A DNA stretch of 25,125 bases from a virus (lineage: Duplodnaviria; Caudoviricetes), in the IMG/VR virus record IMGVR_UViG_3300032250_000200, positions 1 to 25,125 of that record. One strand, given 5' to 3'. The notes below the pieces were generated by a model. That model made no database searches and was not told the origin of the DNA. It was given only the letters and a program-made list of their open reading frames with translations. Shown piece after piece: positions 17,643 through 25,125 of this stretch (its first letter is position 1; each line of letters opens with the position of its first letter). The position numbers and the translations under genes are program-made.

Positions 17643-18215
17643 ATGGCAACTATTTCAACAATCAACATTGGTAACATTGTAAACGACGGCCTAGGCGATG
17701 ATCTACGCACAGCCTTTCAAAAGGTAAATGCTAATTTTGCCACGCTAAACAACGACCTAACAATTACCGCAAGTAATCTAGGCACAGTGGGAGAACCAGT
17801 TTTCAAACAGAAAAACGGTCTTAATTTAGAGTTCAAGAAGCTGGTTGCTGGGAACAAGATCACAATTACATCCAGTCCAGACAGTTTACTAATTTCCAGC
17901 ACTGTTGGCAATACATTTCAACGCATTATCACGCAGAATGGTTATGTTGATGCAGACACTAGTCAGGTTGTTACAATCCAAGGCGATCCCGACATTAGTG
18001 TTACGGCAGCAGGAGATGTTATCACTGTTACTACTGTACAGGACCTAAATCAAATATTGCAAGTTTTAGACTTTGGTCCGTTAAATGGTGCGTACACTAG
18101 TATTGTGCAAATGAATACTGCCGCATCGAACATAGACTTTGGCACATTTACCAATCCTGGATCAATTAATTTTGACGCGGGTATCTTAACTTTTGATACA
18201 GGCTCACTTGCATAA
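17643..18215 (+). CDS. virion structural protein (gp9/gp10-like N-terminus)
   Basis: INIGNIVNDGLGDDLRTAFQKVNANF; C-terminal DFG repeats. Confidence 0.8.
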   Translation: MATISTINIGNIVNDGLGDDLRTAFQKVNANFATLNNDLTITASNLGTVGEPVFKQKNGLNLEFKKLVAGNKITITSSPDSLLISSTVGNTFQRIITQNGYVDADTSQVVTIQGDPDISVTAAGDVITVTTVQDLNQILQVLDFGPLNGAYTSIVQMNTAASNIDFGTFTNPGSINFDAGILTFDTGSLA

Positions 18216-18221
18216 TTATCT

Positions 18222-21002
18222 ATGACTATTTCTTGGATTACACCAGCTGGGAGTCTAGGCACAGTCGTTGAACGTGTAACTCTAGATATTCCAATAGAAG
18301 CCAGCTCAAATGTTGGGCCTATTACTTTCACTTTGTTATCTGGAAGATTACCTCGCGGTTTAAGACTTAGCCAAACTGTCACTAGCGACAGCACTGTCTA
18401 TAGTTCTGCTATCAAGGGCAGTCCTACAGAAGTAAGAAAGTTTACCACAAATAGATTTGTTGTCCGGGCCAACGACGGAGTTGACATTGAAGATCGGACA
18501 TTTGGCATCAGCATAGATGGCGACGATGCTCCGCAGTGGGTGACACAAGAAGGGTTTCTAAATGTTGGCCTAAACAATGCCTACTATGTGCTGGACAACA
18601 GTTATGTTAACTTTCAACTAGAGATACGAGATCCTGATATTATTGCTGGTGACGCAATAGAATATTATCTAATACCCAACGGCGGAGAAATGCCGCCGGG
18701 ACTAACATTAACTAGAGATGGTAGAATCAATGGCTACACTGATCCAGTATTTGCCTTAGAATACAACGACAGTCGAACTGGTGCGTATGACAGCGGCACC
18801 TTTGATACCATGCCTCTAGATCTTGCCGCCGCAGAAACCACAGGCTTTGACAGTTTTATCTATGATCTTGAAAGTTACGATTACAAAGTAGATACTAAAG
18901 CCCCTAGACGATTAAGCAGATTTTATACTTTTATTGTAGCAGCCTCCGACGGTGTTCATGAAGTTCGAAGACTGTTTCGTATATGGGTAGTCACTGAAGA
19001 GTTTCTTAAAGCAGATAACAATGTTGTTCAAGTTGACACCAATCTATTTCAGGCAGACGGAGATGGCACTCGTAAACCTATCTGGATCACCGAAAGCAAT
19101 CTTGGTCGTATTAGAGCCAATAATTATGTAACTATATTTTTAGATGTATATGATCCGCCTAGTCTTGAAGGCACAATGACCTATTTCAAGATGGCAACTA
19201 ATCCTGGTACTTACCAATTAAAGTCAACTGGAGAAATCATCACTGATGGTTATTACGAACTGTCTGAAGAACTTCCAGAATTTAAATACACACTGAAAGA
19301 CAATTGGGATTCTTCGGTAAGCTATGTAGTTGGAGATGCAGTAATATACAACGATCAAACTTGGGTTTGTCAAACTGCCAATTTAAATAGAACTCCTAGT
19401 CTAACTGCCGTCTATTGGAACAAAGATATTTCTGGAACTGCGATAACTTTTAAAGCAGCATATCCCGCAGCATGGACCGTTCTAGAAGCAGAAACAGTCA
19501 GCGAATTTCCTCCAGGCACTACAATTGATACACTAACCGGAGAAGTTGCAGGGCGTGTTCCTTATCAGGCTGCTGTTACTAAAAATTACAAATTTACATT
19601 AGAGGCTGTGAGTTTTCCGCCCGTGTTGTTTGAACAGAATTATACACTTCGCGGAGACTGGAGCTCTAGCACAGACTATGTTATAGGTGATGCTGTTCGA
19701 TATGATAACTTTATTTGGGTTTGTATTGAAGCCAACAGATTCAAAGCCCCGCAAGATGGAATTTATTGGGATCGTGGAGTATCCACACTCAAGAAAACAT
19801 TTAGCGTAGATATCATTGGAGAGATCGAAAGTGCCATTGAATGGATAACTGACAGTGACCTAGGATATATTCCTCCAAACATTGCCAGCGACAAAACTCT
19901 GTTAGCCGAAACCAAACTCTACGGTGGTAGAACTATATATGAATTGGTCAGTGGCCGACTACCTCCAGGTTTAGAATTAATCTCAAACGGTCTAATACAA
20001 GGTAAGGTAAAACAGTTTGCAGATATTAATGGACCAGGTCTAACTCGATTTTACGAGCGTACAGATTCTGCCGACGACAGCTCAACTAGATCTAGACTGT
20101 TTAGCGAAAGTTGGGACGGCGGAGATACCAGCTTTGATAGAACATTTGCATTTGATGTAAAGGCCCGAGACGCTAATAATGTTGCAGAAAATATCAAATC
20201 ATTTACTTTAACAGTTGCTACTAAAACAAATATAACATTCTCAAATCTCTATGCCAAAGCATTCCAAAGCAAAGACAAACGACTTACTTGGTATGATTTT
20301 ATCACAGACAACAATGTGTTTAGGGAAAGCGAAGTCTATAGATACGGAGATCCTAATTTTGGAATTCAACCAGAATTAAAAATGCTCATGTACGCAGGCA
20401 TCGAAAGTCGAGATGCTGAATATTTTATACAGGCAATGGGTCAAAATCACTATAACAAACAGGTAAGATTTGGGGATGTTAAAAGTGCTGTGGCCAAGGA
20501 CCCGGTGACCCAAATTCCAGTATACGAAGTTGTCTATGTAGAAATTATAGACGAATTAGAAAAAGATGGAAAAAGTATTAGTCAAACTGTACAATTAAGC
20601 GATCGCATAAACAGCAAAGTGTTAGTCAGCTACGATGCTATTAAGATTGACAGCAATATTCCACTAGTCAGTGACAGCGATCATCAGAGGATATTTCCAA
20701 ACAGTTACAAAAATATGCGAAAGCGTATCAAAGGCATCGGAGAAAGGGACCGTGAGTTTCTGCCGTTGTGGATGCGTAGCATACAACCGGATACTTATGT
20801 AGAGCCCGGGTGGGTCAAGAGTGTAGTACTTTGCTACCTAAAACCCGGATATTCGACCAATGTTCTTACTCGAATCAAGAATAAGGGCTTTGACTTTAAA
20901 ACCATGAACTTCACTATTGATCGTTACCTAATTGATGTCATAGGCGGTGAGTTCCAGGATAAATACCTAGCGTTCGCACAACGTGGAGAAAAACTACCGT
21001 GA
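18222..21002 (+). CDS. baseplate-associated protein with Ig-like (He_PIG-type) repeats and two CBM5/12-like modules
   Basis: Repeated (L/M/F)PxG..(L/I)...G.I.G motifs; WITPAGSLG / WITESNLG / WITDSDLG; two W....Y.(V/I)GDAV.Y...WVC modules. Confidence 0.75.
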   Translation: MTISWITPAGSLGTVVERVTLDIPIEASSNVGPITFTLLSGRLPRGLRLSQTVTSDSTVYSSAIKGSPTEVRKFTTNRFVVRANDGVDIEDRTFGISIDGDDAPQWVTQEGFLNVGLNNAYYVLDNSYVNFQLEIRDPDIIAGDAIEYYLIPNGGEMPPGLTLTRDGRINGYTDPVFALEYNDSRTGAYDSGTFDTMPLDLAAAETTGFDSFIYDLESYDYKVDTKAPRRLSRFYTFIVAASDGVHEVRRLFRIWVVTEEFLKADNNVVQVDTNLFQADGDGTRKPIWITESNLGRIRANNYVTIFLDVYDPPSLEGTMTYFKMATNPGTYQLKSTGEIITDGYYELSEELPEFKYTLKDNWDSSVSYVVGDAVIYNDQTWVCQTANLNRTPSLTAVYWNKDISGTAITFKAAYPAAWTVLEAETVSEFPPGTTIDTLTGEVAGRVPYQAAVTKNYKFTLEAVSFPPVLFEQNYTLRGDWSSSTDYVIGDAVRYDNFIWVCIEANRFKAPQDGIYWDRGVSTLKKTFSVDIIGEIESAIEWITDSDLGYIPPNIASDKTLLAETKLYGGRTIYELVSGRLPPGLELISNGLIQGKVKQFADINGPGLTRFYERTDSADDSSTRSRLFSESWDGGDTSFDRTFAFDVKARDANNVAENIKSFTLTVATKTNITFSNLYAKAFQSKDKRLTWYDFITDNNVFRESEVYRYGDPNFGIQPELKMLMYAGIESRDAEYFIQAMGQNHYNKQVRFGDVKSAVAKDPVTQIPVYEVVYVEIIDELEKDGKSISQTVQLSDRINSKVLVSYDAIKIDSNIPLVSDSDHQRIFPNSYKNMRKRIKGIGERDREFLPLWMRSIQPDTYVEPGWVKSVVLCYLKPGYSTNVLTRIKNKGFDFKTMNFTIDRYLIDVIGGEFQDKYLAFAQRGEKLP

Positions 21003-21580
21003 CCAGCAATATTAACTATTTGAGCATTAATGAGAACTTTCCTGTAGCAGGAGAGGATAACGATACACAGACCTTTAGAGATAATTTTGATACTATCAAG
21101 ACCAGCTTGCGAGCAGGCCAAGAAGAAATCACAGCTCTACAGGCCAATACTGCAAAGACCAACGAAGACAATGATTTTGAAGACAACGAAATCAGTCGAG
21201 CAGTGTTTAGAGATGTAATGGATCAAAGATTCGACGGAGGCATTATTGCTCTCCCAACAACCTTGCTGACCATAGATTACGAAAACGGCGGATATCAAGT
21301 TTTTCGATTTAGCGCAAACATGAATATTGATTTTCAAAACTTGCCTGAAAATTCTTCAGCAAGTGGTCCAATTGGCTGTGGAAGAATGACCTTAGAATTA
21401 TACGGTGACGGTACTGCTAGAAACTTGACATTTATTACCAGCGCCGGTACTAACCTTAGACGCAATACAGGATTTCCCGGAACTGTAACAGTCAGTTCTA
21501 ATTCTGCACCAATTATCATAGAAGTTTGGCGCCACAATGCCACTAACATTTTTATGAATTATCTAGGACAATTCAGTTAA
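20999..21580 (+). CDS. probable virion structural protein
   Basis: GTG start overlapping the upstream TGA (GTGA); SD GGAG; FPVAGEDNDTQTFRDNF then coiled coil; TAAATA at 20960-20965. Confidence 0.7.
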   Translation: MTSNINYLSINENFPVAGEDNDTQTFRDNFDTIKTSLRAGQEEITALQANTAKTNEDNDFEDNEISRAVFRDVMDQRFDGGIIALPTTLLTIDYENGGYQVFRFSANMNIDFQNLPENSSASGPIGCGRMTLELYGDGTARNLTFITSAGTNLRRNTGFPGTVTVSSNSAPIIIEVWRHNATNIFMNYLGQFS

Positions 21581-21813
21581 TGTTTCATCCTTTGCAGCAA
21601 GATCTTACAAAATTTACCGATTCCGATATCGAAAATAAATTACAGGAATTGAGTAAAAAATATTTTGCTGCACAGCGAATGGGCAGTTACGAGCTCTTGA
21701 CACAGATATCAACCTTTGTTACAATATATAGACAGGAACTATCTCGTAGATATATGGAAAAAAGCAGAGGCGCTCTAGACCCAGATCTAGATCAATTGAT
21801 AAATGTTGATTGA
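21580..21813 (+). CDS. hypothetical helical protein
   Basis: 77-aa ORF, TAATG-coupled to the upstream gene, overlaps the next start. Confidence 0.7.
   Translation: MFHPLQQDLTKFTDSDIENKLQELSKKYFAAQRMGSYELLTQISTFVTIYRQELSRRYMEKSRGALDPDLDQLINVD
21697..21725 (+). promoter_or_regulatory. near-consensus sigma70 promoter upstream of the dnaE fragment
   Basis: TTGACA (21697-21702), 17 bp, TGn then TACAAT (21720-21725). Confidence 0.75.
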
Positions 21814-22282
21814 AAACACATTAGAAAATCTCATCAAAGGTGTAATGCAACACGGTCCAGAAATACTGGAGGATTGTGTTGCCAATCCCAACGACATAGT
21901 ACAATACCTACAAAGGGTAGATCAAGAGCGCCTAGATTATCCTGTGACTAAATTACAAGTAGATAAAAACAATTGGTTTATTCCAGAAGAATATAAAACC
22001 ATGGACATACTAGATTGGTTGTATTATCGATGCCCGACCCCGGAAATACGAGAAAGGGTAGTTGAAGAACTTCGACTATTTGCCAAACACGATATGATTC
22101 CGGTATTAAAAACCATGAAGTATGTTGTTGATACTCTTAGGGCCAACAATATAGTTTGGGGTGTAGGACGGGGTAGTTCCGTTTCCAGCTATGTACTCTA
22201 TCTAATAGGGATACATAAGATAGACAGCGTTAAATACGATTTACCAATCGACGAATTCTTTAAAGGAGAACAAAATGGGTAA
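21803..22282 (+). CDS. dnaE: stand-alone fragment of DNA polymerase III alpha subunit (family C)
   Basis: RVVEEL...KYVVDTLRANNIVWGVGRGSSVSSYVLYLIGIHKIDSVKYDLPIDEFF aligns by eye with the DnaE GxGRGS..GSLVAY.LGIT..DP..Y.L.FERF segment; stops before PDIDxD. Confidence 0.8.
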   Translation: MLIENTLENLIKGVMQHGPEILEDCVANPNDIVQYLQRVDQERLDYPVTKLQVDKNNWFIPEEYKTMDILDWLYYRCPTPEIRERVVEELRLFAKHDMIPVLKTMKYVVDTLRANNIVWGVGRGSSVSSYVLYLIGIHKIDSVKYDLPIDEFFKGEQNG

Positions 22283-22499
22283 GATACATACAAGTATGCG
22301 TGGAAGAGAAGTTGACTTAGAAAAACTCAACATGATTCACGAAAATGTTCCAGCAGTCGGCAATGCCAAAGTAAATGCTCGCGGTGACGAATTAGGTCCG
22401 GGCGGTGTAATTAAACGCACTCGCGAACAGGTTCTAGCAGATTATTATGCTAAGAATCCCAATGCCATGCAAGAAGAAATTGCAGCTCGTAGACGATAA
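22275..22499 (+). CDS. hypothetical protein preceding groES
   Basis: SD AAGGAG; TAAATA at 22231-22236; PAVGNAKVNARGDELGPGG. Confidence 0.75.
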   Translation: MGKIHTSMRGREVDLEKLNMIHENVPAVGNAKVNARGDELGPGGVIKRTREQVLADYYAKNPNAMQEEIAARRR

Positions 22500-22508
22500 G
22501 AGGCACTA

Positions 22509-22907
22509 ATGTTTGCATTTGGGCCTAAACAGATCAAGGTACGAGCACTACCTAATGATATTCTAGTTGTAGACATGGACCTCGGCGAGATGAAAACTGC
22601 TGGCGGAATTGTTATCCAAAGTGATAACGGTAAAGCACACGGCATTAAACCTCGTTGGGCCAAGGTCTACAAAGTTGGTAGTAACATCACTGATATACAA
22701 GAAGGTCAATGGATCCTTATAGAACACGGTCGCTGGACTCGTAAAATTACCATTGACGACGGCGACGGAGTTAAAGACTTTCAAAAAGTAGAGACTAAAT
22801 CCATACTTGCTGTAACTGACGAAAAACCCACAGACTTTTATATTGGTACAGAGTACGGTCATGGAGATTCAGCAACGATTCGTCCGGAAGACTTTGGCGC
22901 ACGATAA
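22509..22907 (+). CDS. groES: co-chaperonin GroES-like protein
   Basis: VRALPNDILV, mobile-loop KTAGGIVI, VYKVG...IQEGQWIL; C-terminal extension. Confidence 0.85.
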   Translation: MFAFGPKQIKVRALPNDILVVDMDLGEMKTAGGIVIQSDNGKAHGIKPRWAKVYKVGSNITDIQEGQWILIEHGRWTRKITIDDGDGVKDFQKVETKSILAVTDEKPTDFYIGTEYGHGDSATIRPEDFGAR

Positions 22908-23146
22908 TGGGGTTCAAGAAGTCTTGGGATGCTGCTGACATTATGTCTCAGATACAGTCGTTGTCTAGAGAATGTCGGAGTCCATACAACGACGGTTTTA
23001 CTGGTTGGAACTGTAAACAAGACTTATTGATAATACAAGAACTAGTCAATGAAGCATTGAAAGATTCTCCAACCTTTGGAGATTTGGAAATAGACTGGTT
23101 GAAAAATCGAGAACAACAGCGTATAATTAAAATACTTAAACAGTAG
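22907..23146 (+). CDS. hypothetical protein
   Basis: 79-aa ORF, TAATG-coupled to groES. Confidence 0.7.
   Translation: MGFKKSWDAADIMSQIQSLSRECRSPYNDGFTGWNCKQDLLIIQELVNEALKDSPTFGDLEIDWLKNREQQRIIKILKQ
23099..23127 (+). promoter_or_regulatory. sigma70 promoter upstream of the nucleotide-sugar dehydrogenase
   Basis: TTGAAA (23099-23104), 17 bp, TATAAT (23122-23127). Confidence 0.7.
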
Positions 23147-23153
23147 GAAAGTT

Positions 23154-23942
23154 ATGCGTATAGGTATTATAGGGTTCGGCTATGTAGGCCAAGCTATTGG
23201 GTGGTCTTACCAATACAAAGCCGAACTCGTTATTAGAGATCCTAAATTAGTAGATTCTGCATCGCTAGATCAACTTGCAGACTGTGATGCTATTTTTATC
23301 TGCGTTCCAAGCCCGTCAACCGAAGATGGCCATTGCGACACAACTATTCTAGAAACCACTTTAAAAGAATTGTTATTTGTAAACATCAATAAACAAATTC
23401 CCATTATCAGTAAGGTTACTGCTCCGCCAAGAGTTTACACTCAACTACAACAAGAATACCCCAACTTGGTTTACTGTCCAGAGTTTTTAACTGCGGCTAA
23501 TAATGTTGCAGACTATGCTAACTCAAACTACTTTGTACTTGGTGGTGATTATGATTGGTGTGTCAAGGCCAAGGAAGTGATTCGCTTAGGTGTTCAGTTA
23601 GTACATGATAAGTTTACTATTGTAGATATAAAAACCGCTTCACTATACAAGTATATGATGAACACCTATCTAGCAACTAAAGTAACATTCATGAATGATT
23701 TTAAACTGTTAGCAGACGCAGAAGGAGTTGATTGGAATGATTTAAAATACCTATCAACAGCAGATAGGAGAATCGGTAATACGCACATGAATGTTCCAGG
23801 CCCCGATGGTCAATACGGCTGGGGCGGTGGTTGCTTTCCTAAGGATGTAGCTGCTATAATAATGGAAGCTATTGATAAGAATGTAGACTTCGAACTGTTA
23901 GATAGAGTTGAAACAATTAATAAAAAACATAGGAAACTGTAA
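23154..23942 (+). CDS. ugd: UDP-glucose/GDP-mannose dehydrogenase family protein (short form)
   Basis: Rossmann GIIGFGYVG, FICVPSP, PEFL, KYMMNTYLATKVTF.N, DRRIG, catalytic GGGCFPKD. Confidence 0.85.
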   Translation: MRIGIIGFGYVGQAIGWSYQYKAELVIRDPKLVDSASLDQLADCDAIFICVPSPSTEDGHCDTTILETTLKELLFVNINKQIPIISKVTAPPRVYTQLQQEYPNLVYCPEFLTAANNVADYANSNYFVLGGDYDWCVKAKEVIRLGVQLVHDKFTIVDIKTASLYKYMMNTYLATKVTFMNDFKLLADAEGVDWNDLKYLSTADRRIGNTHMNVPGPDGQYGWGGGCFPKDVAAIIMEAIDKNVDFELLDRVETINKKHRKL

Positions 23943-24310
23943 TGACTAATCCATTTCGTGATCAAGAAAAATTCATGAGGGCCTGCGATCAAACTGTAGG
24001 CGAAGTAAATGAACAGCAATTTGATCTTTATAAAAATCTTATAGAAGAAGAGTTTAACGAATTAACCACAGCCGAGATAGCTAACGATCGTGTAGAACAA
24101 CTAGATGCACTTATCGATATACTAGTAGTTACTATTGGCGCTATTCACTCAATGGGTGCAGATGCCGAAGGCGCTTGGAAAGAAGTTATGAAAACCAACT
24201 TTGCCAAGATTGATTCAGAGACTGGTAAGGTACGAAAGCGTGAAGACGGTAAAGTACTCAAGCCGCTAGGTTGGACTGCTCCGGAACTAGCGCAGTTTAT
24301 AAAATCTTAA
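23942..24310 (+). CDS. all-alpha NTP pyrophosphohydrolase (MazG-like/PRA-PH-like)
   Basis: LIEEEFNEL ... EQLDALIDILVV metal-binding pattern; N.AK...REDGKVLKP.GW. Confidence 0.85.
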   Translation: MTNPFRDQEKFMRACDQTVGEVNEQQFDLYKNLIEEEFNELTTAEIANDRVEQLDALIDILVVTIGAIHSMGADAEGAWKEVMKTNFAKIDSETGKVRKREDGKVLKPLGWTAPELAQFIKS

Positions 24311-24322
24311 TCGGAATCAAAG

Positions 24323-24868
24323 ATGCTAAAGGTCGTAGATAATTGGTTAGGTGATGAGGATCTTGTGAGATTTTTAGATAGGCAATTTACCTATAAAACT
24401 CCTCACCATTACATAGAATATGCAGATTCTACCAATGCACCTCCTAGCATATTTGGTAAGAAGCATGATCAAGAAACTGCAAGTCAAATTTTTTATAGTC
24501 ACGATTTCAATCCGCAAGAACCATTGATTAAATTTTTAGTCATCAAAGCCATTGAGACTGTTGAAGATCAACTAGGTATTGCAGCATTAGATTGTGTTCG
24601 ATGTCACCTGTCTATACAACACCCTAGACAAGATGTAGAATGGCATTCAGACGGTTCAGAGATTACCTGTGTGTACACAGCATCTACACCAGGAGGCGGA
24701 ACTTTTGATTTTGTCACTCTTGACGGTATTCAAAAAGTAGAGTTTGTAAAAAATAAACTTGTAATATTTGACGGGTTTCAAAAACACATGGCCAAGGCTC
24801 CGGAAGCCAATCGTCCAAGGATTCTGCTAGTAATAAAATTAGCAAAATCTAAATCTTTAAAAATATGA
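24323..24868 (+). CDS. 2OG-Fe(II) oxygenase superfamily protein
   Basis: HxD motif WHSD, GGGT.F, N.LVIFDG...H, and distal R (RPRILLV). Confidence 0.75.
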   Translation: MLKVVDNWLGDEDLVRFLDRQFTYKTPHHYIEYADSTNAPPSIFGKKHDQETASQIFYSHDFNPQEPLIKFLVIKAIETVEDQLGIAALDCVRCHLSIQHPRQDVEWHSDGSEITCVYTASTPGGGTFDFVTLDGIQKVEFVKNKLVIFDGFQKHMAKAPEANRPRILLVIKLAKSKSLKI

Positions 24869-25125
24869 CAAAAAGATCAAATGTTCTAAACATGACTCCG
24901 GAAGAGGCACAGGCTTTTATAAGAAAGATTATGGGTCCTCCTAAACGACCTATAGAAGGCAAGGAGTACGAGTATGTTTGGACAATTTTAAAAATGACTG
25001 AACCTACTAGAACCAGCAACAATCAACACAGTTGGTGTGAAGAATATTATGTAGGTGGAAAGTATTATGATGTGCATTACTTTCCAAACGAAGAACCAAT
25101 TATAGAAGAAGTGATGACAGAATGA
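24865..25125 (+). CDS. hypothetical protein
   Basis: 86-aa ORF with ATGA overlap; alternative start at 24892. Confidence 0.65.
   Translation: MTKRSNVLNMTPEEAQAFIRKIMGPPKRPIEGKEYEYVWTILKMTEPTRTSNNQHSWCEEYYVGGKYYDVHYFPNEEPIIEEVMTE

Noticed and set aside
13779-19389. Intragenic TAAATA copies (13779, 16642, 19283, 19384)
   Set aside because: Far from start codons; consistent with chance in AT-rich DNA.
5941-21549. Many minus-strand ORFs in the structural cluster (e.g. 12523-13128, 201 aa)
   Set aside because: Antisense shadows of Thr/Gly/Ala-rich sense frames; Val/Pro/Ala-rich, no recognisable motifs, and overlapped by convincing plus-strand genes.
22240-22499. Frameshift or intein continuation of the dnaE fragment into the next ORF
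   Set aside because: The downstream ORF lacks PDIDxD and intein motifs and has its own SD and TAAATA motif.
1-25125. Stop-codon reassignment, as in some large phages
   Set aside because: Standard-code ORFs tile the window tightly, including a 9.3-kb ORF; TAA, TGA and TAG all end genes at sensible junctions.
1-25125. tRNA, rRNA, CRISPR array, IS elements, intrinsic terminators
   Set aside because: Intergenic gaps are under 90 bp; no cloverleaf, repeat-spacer pattern, transposase or GC hairpin with U-tract was found by eye.

Overview
A gene-dense segment of a large (probably jumbo, T4-superfamily-like) tailed phage genome in the standard genetic code; KdsA suggests a Gram-negative host. 1-5.2 kb holds accessory and metabolic genes: a Maf/GT42-like putative CMP-ulosonate transferase, queD, a small membrane protein, metal-dependent kdsA, a GT-A glycosyltransferase, a WYL-like protein, a 55-aa ORF missing from the track, UV endonuclease UvdE, and two minus-strand genes. 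5.2-21.6 kb is a virion baseplate/fibre cluster (3110, 563, 454, 190, 926 and 193 aa), four genes of which share a gp9/gp10-like N-terminal motif. 21.6-25.1 kb holds a 159-aa DnaE fragment, GroES, a short UDP-sugar dehydrogenase, a MazG-like NTP pyrophosphatase, a 2OG-Fe(II) oxygenase and hypotheticals. Best leads: (1) a preQ1-I-like candidate riboswitch with a variant loop and a competing helix, between a sigma70 promoter and queD; (2) an apparently split, intein-less DnaE ending just before the catalytic PDIDxD motif; (3) a possible Kdo/sugar glycosylation system beside Ser/Thr-rich virion proteins; (4) two promoter classes (sigma70 and TAAATA) with probable leaderless mRNAs. All assignments come from motif recognition by eye; no searches were run.
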